Positions 27,581-42,269 are shown, numbered from the stretch's first letter. The stretch: 64,000 nt of DNA from Octopus vulgaris (GCA_951406725.2 OX597832.1:68510001-68574000), one strand, 5' to 3'. The notes: generated by a model from the letters alone, not told the origin. Program-made: numbers and translations.

Positions 27581-28323
27581 TATTCACATCTCCCTCTATC
27601 CAATTATCCAGATGTGCATACATACTCACTTATCAATTATATCGCAAAGGAGACATTTGAGCAATTTAATAACACAGGATGCTATTAAATTCAAGTTAAA
27701 TTTTAGATTTATTTCATGAAATAAATTTCTAAGTTATATATATGGCGTGCACATGTGTTTGTTTCTGTGTATGCATGTACATATATTTTAATGTATATAT
27801 ATACACACACAAACACACATGCACACCCTTATATACATATACGTCAACTCTATAATTTTGTTTTTATTTCTCTTTCTCTCGCTCTCTTTCTGTCACTCTT
27901 TCTTGCTCTTTCTGTCCATCTACACACACACACACATATACATATATCTATATACATAATCACAGGCATTTTTTGTTATGCAAGTGTATGCTTGTCTGTG
28001 AAGCATGTCCATGAGGGAGTGTGTGTTATGTTGTATGCATGTGTGCGTCTGCGTGTGACAATTCCCCAGTTTTGTTTCACTGTCTGTCCATTTCTAGCAA
28101 ATCTAATTCAGCTTTTATGGGATTTTTTTCTGACTTAAAACACGAAATAAAAAGAAAACCAGAAATGAAACAACATTATTCTCCATGATTTAGCTGTGTT
28201 CTTTGACATGATATGATAAGAACACCAGAAAAGCTCTTATATTTATTAATATATAACAATTTTCTATAGAATTTACTGCCACCTCTATCCTATGATTCAA
28301 GAACACTTACAGTCTTTGCAAAT

Positions 28324-28383
<60 letters not shown>

Positions 28384-28529
28384 GTATATGTATGTATATG
28401 TATATATATATATGTATATGTATATATATATGTGTATGTGTGTGTGTGTGTGTGTGTGCATACACACAGACACTCAGAAATATATATACAAACAATATCT
28501 ATGATGATACAAACAGATACACGTTTACT

Positions 28530-29760
28530 TTGAGTTGCTGTTTTTCGTAGGAATGTTCTTCTAGTATTCCTTATTCTCAAAAGTTTGAATGCATTTTGGT
28601 TCTGGTGTGCCCTTTGTCTATCCCTGAAGATAATCCTTCCTTCGTTTAGTAGTACAAATGATTATATCAACCCTATCATGTCTCATAGGGAACTCATATG
28701 TTGCGGACATTTTTGGACAGCTGATGATGATACAAGAAATATTTTGCACAAATACCATCTATGGCAGCATGGAGGACTAGAGCCATTCCTATCTCTCTTA
28801 TTCATCAGATATTCAGTAGTTATCCCTTGTTCTTGGATAGCCTTCAAGATGAGATAATATGTATTTATTGCGAGTCTGAGAGTGGCTATTATTCCAGTCC
28901 AGGTTGTTTGTATTGTCTAGCTGGTTGGATATGTAGCAATTCATAACTTTCTGATGTTATGTTGAGTATTTCTCTATCAAGTCTCCGTTTAGATAAGTCA
29001 GTTCAACTTGCTTTGCTTCACAAGGAACAGCTGGGTCCTCAGAATAACTCTTTAGCTAATCTCATGTTATTAACTTCACTGTTAGGCATACTTGTAATCT
29101 ACTTGTTTCTGTCTTTAGTGTTCACTCAGTGTTGTCCATGTGACACAATGCAGCACTTCAACACCTTCTGGACTGACTTCATGCTTCTTTGCTTCTATTC
29201 TTCTCATTTACCACAAATCTTGTCAGAAACACAGATGATGTAGAAGTTCCCATTCATTGTTAGTATCTTCCGACCACTGATGTCCATGTTGCTGATTCCT
29301 TTAAGTGTCCAATCTAACATCTTGGACAGTGTAGAAACATTATGGGAGATGAATTTATTGAAAGCAAATAATTCTGACTCCAATCTGTTTCAAAGTCTTC
29401 TAGAGTATTCTTCTGTCACTCTTGCTTCACTCACAGCACCTGTATAAGCGATATTCTCATTAACTCTAAAACATTTGTAGCATTGGCCACAGGTGTTATG
29501 GGACACAGCCAGGTTATTAATATCCATATTCCTTGTCTGGTTGACAATCTTCCCCAATTTGACAGCCAAATAGAAATAATTATTCTGACTCAACTCCATT
29601 CCTGTGTCCTGTCAGAATTTTGTGATTAGTTTTAATTGTCTCCAGGTGTTATAGATATTTCAGGTTTACAAATGAAGTTCATCAATAAAAGAAGATGTGG
29701 TTACCATAAATGTTTTCTCTTTCCCAGACTCTATTATGTAGACTTTACATTTCTTTAACC
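28530..29760 (-). pseudogene. Old RLE-type (R4-related) retrotransposon fragment
   Basis: Minus strand: SFIDELHL (YMDD region), KF*QDTGMELSQ..LAVKLGKI, IISCPKMS; many stops and frameshifts. Confidence 0.7.
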
Positions 29761-29929
29761 AAAATATAAACACACACACACACAGCCTTCTTCACACAGA
29801 CACATATTTTATGAAGAACTTCAGGTTCAGTTCCACTGTTTGGCACCTTGAACAAGTGTTTCCCACTACACTTCAAGGTTGACTAAATCCTTATGGATAG
29901 ATTTGGGAGATGAAAAATGAACAAAACAA

Positions 29930-31780
29930 TAGTATTGCAGAGGCATATTCCAAGGGAACAGTCTCTCTGTGATGCTATTTATCCTTTCTGTAAACCCCTT
30001 GTCATTCATGTTAAGGAAGTCTGAAGGATATCTCACTTGTTCACAAGGAAGCAGAAATACCAAAACTACACACTGTTTCTTTGTAGATGATTTGAAACTT
30101 TATGCAAAGAATATGCATGAGATGAAAAAGAGCCCTGACCTAGTTACAACATTCTCAAGGGATGTAGGTTGGGATTTTGGTCAGGATAAATGTCGCTATA
30201 TGGCTGTGTAAGCCAGACTAGCAACATCTCCATCAATGACTTAAATGTTTCCTCTAAATCTGACGACGAATGTTACAGGTATCTAGGGGTGCATGAAAAC
30301 ATCTTACAGTCACACCTATAACAAAACATGTATCACTAAAGAATATTACAGCCAAATAAAGAAAATTTGAACTTTGGAACTCGCTGCATTCAATAAAAGT
30401 GTCCCACAATGTGTTTGCAGTGCTAATCCTCATACCAATATTTGGGCTGCTTGATTCGACACTTGATGAGGTCTGATCCATTGATGAGAAAACCCAAAAA
30501 ATATGGACAAGCAGACATAATTTCCACATAAACAGTGACGAAAACCGACTCTCCCTAAAACAAAAACAAACCAGCAGAGGCTTAATGTTAAACCAAACTG
30601 CCCTTGAATGTTGTATCATATCTCTTCAGCAACATCTTTTAACCCCAAAGTGTCAAAGTGCATCCTTTGACCAAGCTTGCATTCATGAGGCTGGTAACAT
30701 CATAAGACTTGGAAGGTAGATAACCTAGAACACATGCTTAAAGAAGTTGCATGACTCTACCACAACGTATCATCAGAGGAAAGGAAGAGCGTATATGAGC
30801 AGAAGACTATGAATGGACATGTTAGTAGAAAGCTCTAAGATGATAGTAGCATTGATCATCAAAAACAGTTTATCATGGACCTAACAACCAGATTACTACC
30901 TCACATTTTGAAGGGTATGTGTATGCAATTCAAGAGCAAGAAATATCAACTAAATACCTGATTAACAAAAGGGACAGAAATGCAGGAAAAGCAATAAAAT
31001 GTGACCACCAATGCAGACTGTAGAGTTAACACCAAAGATATCATCACCCACATAATAATCAATTGTCTGGAAATGTCATCACGGTATTACCTGCTGATGA
31101 GACATGATATTGTAGCTAGGATGCTGTGTAACGGGATCCACCATGAGGATAACCCCCAAGGACAAATAAATAAGAATGCATGGTATGACAGAAGCCATAG
31201 ATTCTCAATATAAAAAGGTGTACTGGTGGAATGTCCCAGTGAAGATCTCGATAAAATGTAAGTTCAACAGACCTAATATAATCCTTTCTACTATAAGAAC
31301 AAAGCCTGAAATTTTGGAGGAAGTGGAAAATCGATTAGATCGATCCCACCCCAGTACTCAACAGGTACTTACTTTATCGACCGCGAAAGGATGAAAGGCA
31401 AAGTGAAACTCAGCAGAATTTAAATTCAGAATGGAGCAGTATGCATAAACCTGGTATAATATGTGACAGAGAAGAGAAACTGTATAGTTGTGGAAATTAA
31501 CTTCCCAGCGGATGTTAACATAAAACTGAAGATCAGTGAAAAAGAGAATACCTATGCTGAGCTATTGAAAAATCTGCAGTTACTCTATGCAGATTACAAG
31601 TTCAGGTTTATACCTGTAATTGTTGGGACTCTTGGATATGTAACACACTGCCAAAATACCAATGTTCAGAAATTAGGTTTCTCAAAATCAGAAAGGAGAA
31701 AGTTAATTCAAAGACTACAGATCCAAGCCATTACTGGTGCAGTAAAAATCTGGAGAACTTACCAGAATGTTATCATCTAA
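29930..31780 (+). pseudogene. Old RLE-type (R4-related) retrotransposon, RT to endonuclease, interrupted by a SINE
   Basis: RGIFQGNSLS, HCFFVDDLKLYA, YRYLG, HFEGYVYAIQEQEI, HIIINC..RHD, RPNI, VVEINFPAD..KENTY, FIPVIVGTLG. Confidence 0.85.
31278..31440 (-). mobile_element. Family A SINE nested in the endonuclease RPD region
   Basis: ataatcctttctactataagaacaaagcctgaaatttt...gatgaaaggcaaagtgaaactcagcagaattt. Confidence 0.8.
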
Positions 31781-31867
31781 TATATCTGAACATGTCTAGA
31801 TATACAAGTATATGCATGAGAATGCATACATAAAACAAAATATATGAATCTGCATGCATATATGTAT

Positions 31868-32110
31868 CATCATCATCGTCATCATCATCATCATCATCAT
31901 CGTTTAACGTCCGTTTTCCGCGCTAGCACGGGTTGGATGGTTTGACCGGGGTCTGGGAAGCCAGAGGCCTCTCCAGGCTCCAGTCTGATCTGGCAGAGTT
32001 TCTACGGCTGGATGCCCTTCCTAACGCCAACCACTCCGCGAGTGGATTGGGTGCTTTTACGTGCCACCTGCACAGGGGCCGGGGGGTCCGGCATCGGTCA
32101 CGATCGGTTC
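31868..32110 (-). mobile_element. Young RTE-tailed SINE
   Basis: (CAT)n, cgtttaacgtccgttttccgcgctagcacggg..., CpGs retained. Confidence 0.85.
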
Positions 32111-32514
32111 GAGCTTTTTCTAGAGTTGAGTTGGGGGGGGTCTAGCTGAGAAAGGTTCCACCAGTGGAAAGAGAGGGAGAGATAGTGGGGGGTGCAGGTA
32201 ATAAAGGGAAGCACCAGTGGGGAAGGTTGGGTAAGGAGGAACGATGACAAGGAAAGGGTTGGTGCAGAAGAAATAAAAACGTAGGATATCACGAGACAGG
32301 GAGGGGGACTGGAAGGAGATGGTCGGATTGAGGCAGTGCCAGATTCTAAACAGGAGGTAACATAAGATCAGTGGGGCAGTTAATGAGCTGCGGTACTAGC
32401 AGCTTGACTAGGTGGGGGAAGGGGTAGTACACAGTGAAAGCATATGTGAAGGAGGGGTAGGAGGGAGAGACACACGTGGGGGAGGAGGAGGGAGGAGGGC
32501 ATATCCGGTGTAGA

Positions 32515-32665
32515 TGGTGAGAAGTGTTCACCGGTATTGGTGGTGAGAAGTGTTTACCGGTATTGGTGGTGAGAAGTGTTCACCGGTATTGGTGGTGGGG
32601 GTGAGAAGTGTTCACCGGTATTGGTGGTGGGGGTGAGAAGTGTTCACCGGTATTGGTGGTGGGGG
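32515..32665. repeat. 26-31-bp minisatellite, 5 copies
   Basis: ggtgagaagtgttcaccggtattggt(ggtgg) repeated. Confidence 0.95.
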
Positions 32666-33326
32666 CGGGGGCACCGCCGAATGGCGGAAAAGATGGAAAT
32701 TAAGGATTGAAGGATTAAAGGGTTAAATTTCGTAGAGAAAAGATAGGAAAAACGAATATATATATATATATATATGATGATGATATATATATATAGGGTT
32801 CTCCATCTGAGATTCTATGGGTGAATAGATGCATACACTTGCGTGTATTCATCAACAGCTCTGCCAACACACCAACTCAACAATATATTTGCAAACACCA
32901 GGAGCTCTCGTAACACAAAAAGTCATGTAACTTTGTTAGCGACCATCTTGAACTCTCTAAAGAACTTAAAACACAAAGAAAAATCCGTATGAGCAAATGT
33001 TTGTATGTAAATATATGAGAGAGAAAAGATAAGAAATGTAATTAAAATTGTGCTAGTAATACAAGAATTTTGAGAACAATGTATTAAATATGAAACTTAA
33101 GATACAAGAAATATTCTCATATCAGTGTTATAAGAATTTTTAAATATTGTATGAAACTAAAAGGAAGTAATTAAATCTTGCTGCTTTTAAAATTGATGTG
33201 ATTAGTCACTTGTGATGCTAAAAGCACTTTAAGGAATAAATATTGATATATTTATTGATGTAACAACAAACTTTTCTACGATGCTTCAGAATTCAGAAAA
33301 TGCCATTTCTATAAAGAAGCATACAT

Positions 33327-33366
<40 letters not shown>

Positions 33367-33945
33367 GCGTGTGTGTGTGTGTGTGAGTGTGTGTGTGCGT
33401 GTGCATGTGCGCGTGTGTGTGTGTGTCAGTGTGTGTGGGTGTGTGCACTTCGTCCATCTCCCCACCATCAATTTAACATCCGTTTTTCCATGACTGCATG
33501 GATCCAATGAAATTTATTGAAGTAAATTTCCTATGGCCCAATGCCCTTCCTCTCACCAATCCTCACCTGTTTCCACTCAACATATTTCCCAGGACCAGAC
33601 ATGTTGTTCACGGGGGACTCAAAATGAATGGCATTGGGTGTAAGACAGTTACACTCCTTTACAACAATCACATGACCTCAAAACAAGAGGATAAACACAC
33701 ACAACACACACATATACATACATGCAACACACACAGACACACACACACACAGCAGATGTAGATAGAGATATAAATCAAAGCCATGTCCTTATGAAGCACA
33801 TCTGCTTATTCTGGAACTCCAAAATTGTAAGAAGATGTTGTAACTGTGTGAGGCATAAGAGTTGAAAAATACTGTAAAATAGTATTTGATGAGTAATTAC
33901 ATATCAAAAGAGGTTAATTAGAAAAAGAATTATGCATTATTTATT

Positions 33946-34158
33946 CACCATTACACATGTGTTTCATTTGCTGATAGGAATTACAAAATTTTACATGGAG
34001 GAGAAACATGTAAGATATCTCCTATTTGGAATTCTTCAGTGAGAGAATAAAATAATATTAGTTGCATTATTTGATTTCTAAAAGGACATATCTTACATGT
34101 TTCTCATACATGTACAATTTTGCATCACTTATAAGCAAATGAAACACATGTGATGGTG
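33946..34158. repeat. Imperfect ~85-bp inverted repeat
   Basis: caccattacacatgtgtttcatttgct...gagaaacatgtaagatat versus atatcttacatgtttctc...agcaaatgaaacacatgtgatggtg. Confidence 0.85.
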
Positions 34159-34410
34159 TGTGTATTTCTGTGTGTATATCCATAGATACTCGTGAAATTT
34201 GTTTTGACTGGGATTTCAATTTCTGAATGCTTAATTGAACCAATAAAGAAAATTATATTTTTTAATATTTATAGAGAGAAAGAAACAAACAGAAAATTTC
34301 ATTCTAAGACAAGAGCTTTATGATAATAATTTACAACTTCAAAAGTAATTCTAAAATAAAGACAAACATAATGAGTGTTTTTTGTCCTGTATTATTATTA
34401 CACTTGCGTA

Positions 34411-34461
<51 letters not shown>

Positions 34462-34498
34462 GTAATAATAATAATAATAACGATGATAATAATAATGA

Positions 34499-35050
34499 TG
34501 ATGCAGTACCAGGCAGTGGTTCTCATGGCTTCTGATCTTGACTGACTGGAAGTGTTATCATGTACATCTTTTTGTCTTGGTAAAAAAATATGGGCTACAG
34601 TAAATATTCTGCTCAATACCACAGATTTGCTTGTCACTTGGTTGACCTTAACCAGTAGAGCATGTCCCTTAGTCATTGACGATATGTGCATATATGCATC
34701 TCTGATCATGAGCAGAAGTAGTGGGGGAGTATCATAGACATGTGTTGAGAGAAATTCTTTGGGGTTTGGATAATTCACCTTTGGAAATATGGGTGGTTTG
34801 TCTAACATTCTTAAACATCCTTTATTCCTTTTGAGCAGGATGGGCAACTCGATCTGAAGAAAATTTTAATTGGGCTCAACCTGCAAAGTATGCACTGTTT
34901 AACTTGATACAAGATCACTATGTTGTGCATATATGGTTGTGATGCATGTGCCTGGTGTACCCTTATCAGACAGGTAGTCATGATGGTTATACTGTGCTTC
35001 GTATATTTTACTCCAGTGTCACTTTGATGGCATGCACTGGTCTCTCACTC
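34499..35050 (+). mobile_element. (TAA)n-embedded element, copy 4
   Basis: Collinear with copy 3; (AAT)n on both sides. Confidence 0.9.
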
Positions 35051-35063
35051 AATAATAATAATG

Positions 35064-35122
<59 letters not shown>

Positions 35123-35125
35123 AAA

Positions 35126-35170
<45 letters not shown>

Positions 35171-35171
<1 letters not shown>

Positions 35172-36536
35172 TTGTTAACTGGTCAATTACTGAAATATGT
35201 CAGCTCGACAGAAAAATAAGGAAACTGTTGACAATGCATAGAATGCACCACCCTAAGGCAAATACAGAACGACTCTATCTGCCAAGAAAAGAGGGAGGCC
35301 GTGGTCTTTTGCAACTGGCAATAACAATGAAGATTGCTACAATTGGCCTAGACACCTACCTGAAAAACTCAGAGGACTGGATGTTAAAACTTGTCTCAAA
35401 ACATGAAAACAAGAAAGCATCATACTCAGTCACAAAACAGGCAAAGGAATATCTAAGTGAATTCCGAATACAACCAATTTCGGAATTAGAGATAGACATA
35501 CAAGAAACAAACACAGAAAAAGCTAGGTGCATGAAAACCCGTGCCAAAACTGCGGCCTTAGATATTCTGAATAATAAATGGCAAGAAAAACCTCTCTATG
35601 GCAAATACCCAAAGAGAGCGAATAATGCAGATATCGACAAAGCCCTGACCCATCAATGGCTAATGGCCTCTGGCTTAAAATCTCAAGATCAATGCCTACC
35701 AACAAGAAACTACCAGGCCAACATATTAAAGAACGGCAGTAGCCCAACATGTCGTGTATACCGACAACAAAATGAAACCATTGACCATGTTGTCTCCAAA
35801 TGCAGTCTTCTAGCGCCTACAGAGTACCTCAGTAGGCATGATAGAGCAGCACAATATATTCACTGGGTAATTTGCAAAAACCTGGATTTGCCCCATGAAA
35901 AAAACTGGTGGGAACACAATCCACCTCCTGTGCTTGAAAATGACCACATCTCACTCCTCTGGAACTTCACCATTCAAACTGACAGGAAGATAGATGCAAA
36001 TAGGCCAGACATCATATTGAAAGACTTCAGACAAAGAACATGCCTCCTCATGACTGTCCCAATCGATATAAACGTATCTGTCAAGACCTACCAAAAACTG
36101 AGCAAATATAAAGATCTTGAAATAGAAATCAGCAAAATGTGGAAGCTGAAGACTAAAACAATACCTGTTGTCATAGGTGCCCTGGGAATGATAGCGAAAG
36201 GGACTGATTGCTACCTAACTCAGATACCAGGAAACCCCAAAATGGCAGAAATTCAAAAGATAGTGCTCATGGGAACTGCTCATATCCTACGCAAAATACT
36301 CTCTATATAATCCCAAGGTTTAAAACAAACTTTTTTTTAATTTTTTATTTTTATTTATTTTAATTTTTTTTGTTTATTTTTTTATTTTTATGTATTAGAC
36401 ATCCACTAGTACAACACCAAAAAAAAAAAAAAAAACCCCAAATATATGGCACAGAACTTCTAACCTGTTGTCTCTTGAGGTCTCTGGGTGAGACTTGAAG
36501 CCAACTTGTACAGACATAAAGCAAAAGTCAAACATA

Positions 36537-36537
<1 letters not shown>
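35171..36537 (+). mobile_element. 5'-truncated R4/Dong-type retrotransposon, second family, inactive
   Basis: DRKIRK..MHHPKA..RLYLPRKEGGRGL, CRV..ETIDHVVSKC, RHD, RPDIIL, KYKDL, IQKIVLMGTAHILRKIL*. In-frame deletions remove ETEG..IAA and the catalytic 'ID'. Distinct 3' UTR, then (AAT)n(GAA)n. Confidence 0.93.
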
Positions 36538-36612
<75 letters not shown>

Positions 36613-36667
36613 AAGAAGAAGAAGAAGAAGAAGAAGAAGAAGAAGAAGAAGAAGAAGAAGATGATGA

Positions 36668-36877
36668 TAATCCTTTGTATAAAAGGCTTGAAATTTCCTG
36701 GGAAAGGGTTAGGTGGTTAGATCAACTCCAGTGCATAACTGGTACTTCTTTCATTGACCTCAAAAGATGAAAGGAAAAGTGAACCTCATCAGAATTTGAA
36801 CTCAGAACTTAAAGACAGATGAAATACTACCAGGTACTTAGTCTAGCATGCTAATGTTTCAGCTCATTCATTGCCTT
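36668..36877 (-). mobile_element. Family A SINE
   Basis: ataatcctttgtat...gatgaaaggaaaagtgaacctcatcagaatttgaactcagaac. Confidence 0.8.
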
Positions 36878-36914
36878 AATGACAAAATGACAACTACAAC
36901 AACAACATAAGACT

Positions 36915-37088
36915 AGGACATACCATACAGAAAATAGCGCTACCAGGCACTGTGGACACCCCCTACGTAAAGCACTTTCAATATAGTGCAAATAGGAGCC
37001 CCACAACAAACCACAGCTCATACCCAGGGCACACCAAGCTGCACTCGGTAGTGCAGTGAAATCTTATGATCCAAATGAGAACTCTGAA
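36915..37088 (+). mobile_element. 3' stub of the 20400-22121 R4/Dong family
   Basis: IQKIAL.GT.. remnant and 3' UTR cacaacaaaccacagctcatacccagggcacac..ctcggtagtgcagtgaaa, followed by aataat. Confidence 0.8.
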
Positions 37089-37819
37089 TAATAGTAATAA
37101 TAACTTGTTTTGTATTTCATGGTAATCAGGTTTCTCATTTTGCATTCCTTTATGTTAGAAAAAACTTAGAAATGTGAGAAACACGTGCTGGGAAGTGATC
37201 GAGGAGGCAAAAAGGAAAATAAAATCTTTTCATATAAAAGTCCTGAATATTTTTACAGCTTCCTAATGAGTAAAAGACTAAACAACTGAAAACAACACCA
37301 TTATTTACTTACTTCAAATAAATTTGAAATAACGTTCTGCTCTTGATACTATATAAACCATCCTTGTGTCGTTTATGTCTGTGTATTGTAAAATATCTCC
37401 AACAAAAAAAGTTAAAACTCCTCATTTATATAGTTCTTTGGCAATTCCAGAATTTTATTAGATAATATCAGATTGATTTGTATAAATATAACAGGGGTCA
37501 CATAGTTTCCCTTATAAATGGAAAGGTAATTACTATACAAAGTACTGCTTTCTTCTAGTGTCTTATTATTATGTTGGCCATTAGATATATGAGATAATGA
37601 TAAATTGTTTTGAATAATTGCATTTTTATTTTCTTCCATCTGCATATGTGTGTGTGTGTGTGTGTGTGCGCGTGTGTGTGTATATTCATACATAAAAATT
37701 TACGTATTGACTCATCTATCTTTCCATTTCTCTTTTTTTATATAGATTATATATATGTGTGTGTGTGTTCCTAAGTATATAAGAAGAGATGGAATTATAA
37801 TATACACAAAGAAAAACAT

Positions 37820-37862
<43 letters not shown>

Positions 37863-38409
37863 TATATACAAACACATATATATGCTAACATACGAAAATG
37901 TTCATATACGTATTTATATATATCTCTTTCTCTCATTATCATACACAAATATATATGCATACCCACTTACACACACACACACAAATATGCATATACATAC
38001 ATACACATACATGCACACGCATATGCATACACACACTTCCTCCACCCCGAAACTGTTCTTATCTCCCATTTTACTTACGACTGTCAACTCACTAAAGTTC
38101 ATAATATTCGACTGACAAACACGAATAAACAAAACAGAGTGATTTGCTTTTTATTTTGTCCTGTTTAGTTTATATATTGTTGTTGTTTGTTGTGGGAGTC
38201 TTTTGTTTTGGGAGTGTGTGTTTGTGTATGCGTGCATGTGTGTGTGTGTTTGTGTGTGTTAGTGGAAGTTTGATGAAAGCCAAAGTAATAAAGTACATCG
38301 AATATGATTTACACCAAGATAATTTTTTTTAAAATGAAAGAGTAATTTGATGTTTGGGTTTTGTTTTTCAATTTGTTGTTATTTGTTGTTGATATTGTTG
38401 TTGTTGTTG

Positions 38410-38447
<38 letters not shown>

Positions 38448-38813
38448 GCAATGTGCTTTTTGTTTATTTCTTTTGTTTCAACAATGTAAAAACAAAAACA
38501 AAGATTCATTTCCTTATATTTCTAAAAATTGAACATCTATTAGTTATAAATATCATTTATTATTATTATCATCATTTATTACTATGATTATTATTACTAT
38601 TGTTGTTGTTATTATCATTATCCTTTATTATTATTATTATTATTATTATTATTGTTGTTGTTGTTGTTGTTGTTGTTATTATTATTATCCTTTATTATTA
38701 TTATCCTTTCATCCTTTCGGGGTCGATTAAATATGCACTGGGGTCGATGTAATCGACTTAATCCGTTTGTCTGTCCTTGTTTGTCCCCTCTGTGTTTAGC
38801 CCCTTGTGGGTAG

Positions 38814-38860
<47 letters not shown>

Positions 38861-38896
38861 TATTATTATTTATTATTATTATTATTAGTAGTATTA

Positions 38897-38927
<31 letters not shown>

Positions 38928-41900
38928 TATTATTTAGAGGGTGGCTGATTGGCATAATTGTTAGTTGGACAAAATGTGTTGCAGTGTTTTCTTCTGGCTC
39001 TCATAAAATATGAGTTCAAATTCCACCCCTACCTGTTCTCAAGCCAGGTAATAGTTCTCTTGGGCCAGATGTGCTTTTCACAGAAGAATGAAAATGAATG
39101 AAGGAATGAGAGAATAGCATTAGTTTGTAGCCATGATGGGATATCAGCATAAAGTCACACAAACACACACACATGATGTGCTTCATTCAGTTTCCATATA
39201 CAAATTACACTCAATACTTTTTCAAAATATTTGAACTCAGAATTACCATATTTTCCAGAATACAAGTTAACGTAGAATATAGTGTAAGTATTCTAACATT
39301 ACTACAATCTTCTCAAAATTCTGCATCGTTTCACATGGAAATTTTGGTCCTTCAAATCAACCTACCATTTTTGCACGTAAATTTTGGTTTCAAAAATCTC
39401 ACTTGTATATCAAAAATATGGTTGTGACAGAGAGGTCAATTGTCCAACATGTTAACCTGTAATTCATGGACAAGTCAATAAGGGAGTTTTAATGTGATCC
39501 CTTAATCTGCTAGAATCAGTAGCTAATTCCTCTATGAGTCATATTTTACCACCTTAAAGAATGGAAATAGTATCTAAAAATACTGTAGTCTTTGGTAACC
39601 TGTGAGTTAAAAAAGAAGTGAAGACTTTTTTTGGAATGATTATTTTGGAATTCTTTTGATCTTTGATCTGCTCAATAAAGTTAAACAAAAATAACATGAA
39701 CATCTTTGCCAAAATAATTCCAAATCCAAAATAAACAGTCACTGAATTTCTCATTCAGCTTAATTCTTTCACAATCTTAGTCGAGCATAAAGGTTATTAA
39801 ATTTTAAACCACATTATTCAATGAATACATGGAAAAACTTTGTTATGCATCAATTTTGGTTAAAGTATTTCTACATGACAAGAATGCACCGAATGCTTTT
39901 TCAAAAAGATAAAGGTGCAATAGATGAAAGATAACAGTTGTATGCCAAAACTGATGCAAGAAATGAAGGTCAGGAAGAACTATTGTTGGAACTAATTTGG
40001 TTTTTATGTAATCAGATTGGCAAGGAATGATGACTTTGGCAATGTCTATAGTAAACAATGTTAGATTTGGTCAAAATTCTGTAAAGTAAAGGATGTTTGG
40101 TGTATATTGATTTCAAATTTTGGCTCAAGGCCAGCTATTTTGGTGCAGTGGTAGGGGTAGGGTTAGATTACATCAACCCCAGTGGAATTCCAACTCAGAA
40201 GGTAAATGCAGATGAAATGTTGGTAAGCATTTTGCTCAATGTGGTTACGATTCTGTTGCTTTCTTTAGCATTATTTGATGTAAGATATTCAGAGAAATTT
40301 AAAACTGCAGTGAGTTTATGTATGTGTGTATGAGGTCCAGAGATGTATAACAAGAAAGCAGAAAATTCACACACACACATATAAACATACTGTATGGCAG
40401 CAGATGAGGGTTTTTGTTTTGCAATTCATGTTTGCATTCACTTTTAATTCCTTCCCATTCTTGAGTCATTTGGTTGTCCTTCGCTCAATTAATTTGTATG
40501 TCCCACAACGGGGTGAGGAGGGGGTCTCCACAGTTGGTTACTTGTTTTGTTTCTTGTTCAAATGTGAATCTCGCCTTTGTTAGGAGTCATTTGAGGTTCA
40601 GTGGCTGTCTTCCACTGTTGATAATTTGTGATTTTTTAATTATTTATTGGAGATTTGGAGATTGATGTAGGATCAGGAGGTATTTGTTGGCTGAGTACAG
40701 GCTGTTGTAGTTTCTAGGATTGTGGGTAACTACAAACAGAATATTTGTATTTGTATTTTCATGTATGTGTGTGTGTATATATATATATAGTATATGATGA
40801 TGATCATCATCATTTAACGTCCATCTTCCATGTATAAGTAGAACAGTTGACAGGAGAGTAGGCCAGGTAGAAAAACTACCATAGGCTACTGTACATCATC
40901 ATTATCACCATAATCACCACCACCATCATCATCATCATCATCAGTTAACCTCTGTCTCCCATGCAGGTATCGGTTGGATGATTTGACAGGAGCTGATAAG
41001 TGAGAGGAATGCACCAAGCTCCATTGTTTGTTTCAGCATGGTTCTATTAGCTGGATGCCCTTCCCAATGCCAACCACTTCAGAGAGTGGGTTGCAGGGGA
41101 GGGGGTGTTCTTTTGATGTGGCAGCAATGAGATTAGTGAGTAACTTGCAAGACAAAAGACACCTTAACTAAGAGAGGGAGTGGTATCAGGGAAGGTGGTG
41201 CTGTTGTAGGTGATGAGAGGTTACAGTATGACAGAGGGAAGGAAACCGGTGTCTTGCTGTAAAAAAGACACATGGTTACCCCAGTCAGAAGGGAAGAGAG
41301 CAGGAGTGAGAGAGAGCAAGAGTGAGAGAGATGATGGCAGTGTGCCAGGGCATACTCTCAAGGTCCACAAAAGTGAAAATAAATGGAAGGGTAGCAGGTT
41401 ACCCACACAAGCATAACTAGAGTGTGTGCCACCCAGGAGGGGCCCTTCCATTTGCTGTCACCAGACCCTAAAAACAAACACATATTGTCTACAACAGACT
41501 CAAAGTGCTGCCCAGGATGGACCACCCCTATGCCCCTCCCAGCTGTGCTAATTCAAAAAGGTACAAAGGGGGAAGGTGAGAGAAGGGACTTCGATGAGTG
41601 ATGAAGCATGGGTGTGATAGGATAGCAATGGGGGAGGACAGGAGAGAGATAACAGACCAGTGTTGGGTTGCAGGAGGGGGAGAGAGAGACAAACATGGTG
41701 CATAAAGAAGGGATGTAGTTTGTTTCATTTGGGCACACTGTGTAGATTAACATTACATGTGGATGAAATAAACAGCACTTCCAGAACACAATTTTGTTGA
41801 GGTGGGCAGGATATTTCATGAAACTCACACCACCGGACATCTAGGTTCATTGCCATTTCCACTTTGAGGTCCTACAACTTCAGATTAGCCGTCACTACTT

Positions 41901-42199
41901 CATCATATGTCTTATTGGGTCTCTCTCTTACACAAGTGATATACATACATATATACATATAAAGAAAAAAACAAAAAATGGAACAAGAACGTAACAGGTA
42001 ACAACAAGACATCCGGACAGTTAGACAATACAAAAAAAGGACAGGAAAAAACAAGAACGGGTCATTCGGAGCTTCCCATCCTTAATTGAGTTCCTGATTA
42101 TCTTCACAGTTTTAGGAGATTACAATCAAGATTGCTCCAATCTGGCCAGCCTCAAGAAAATCTAAGCTAAGAGCACTAGATTCCTTGGAAGAAAGCAAG

Positions 42200-42269
<70 letters not shown>

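Noticed and set aside
32515-32665. Regularly spaced repeats resembling a CRISPR array
   Set aside because: No unique spacers, eukaryotic context and no cas genes; it is a minisatellite.
32825-32860. Minus-strand TTGATGA-ATACAC-GCAA-GTGTAT hammerhead-like half
   Set aside because: GAAA is replaced by GCAT and there is no stem I pairing.
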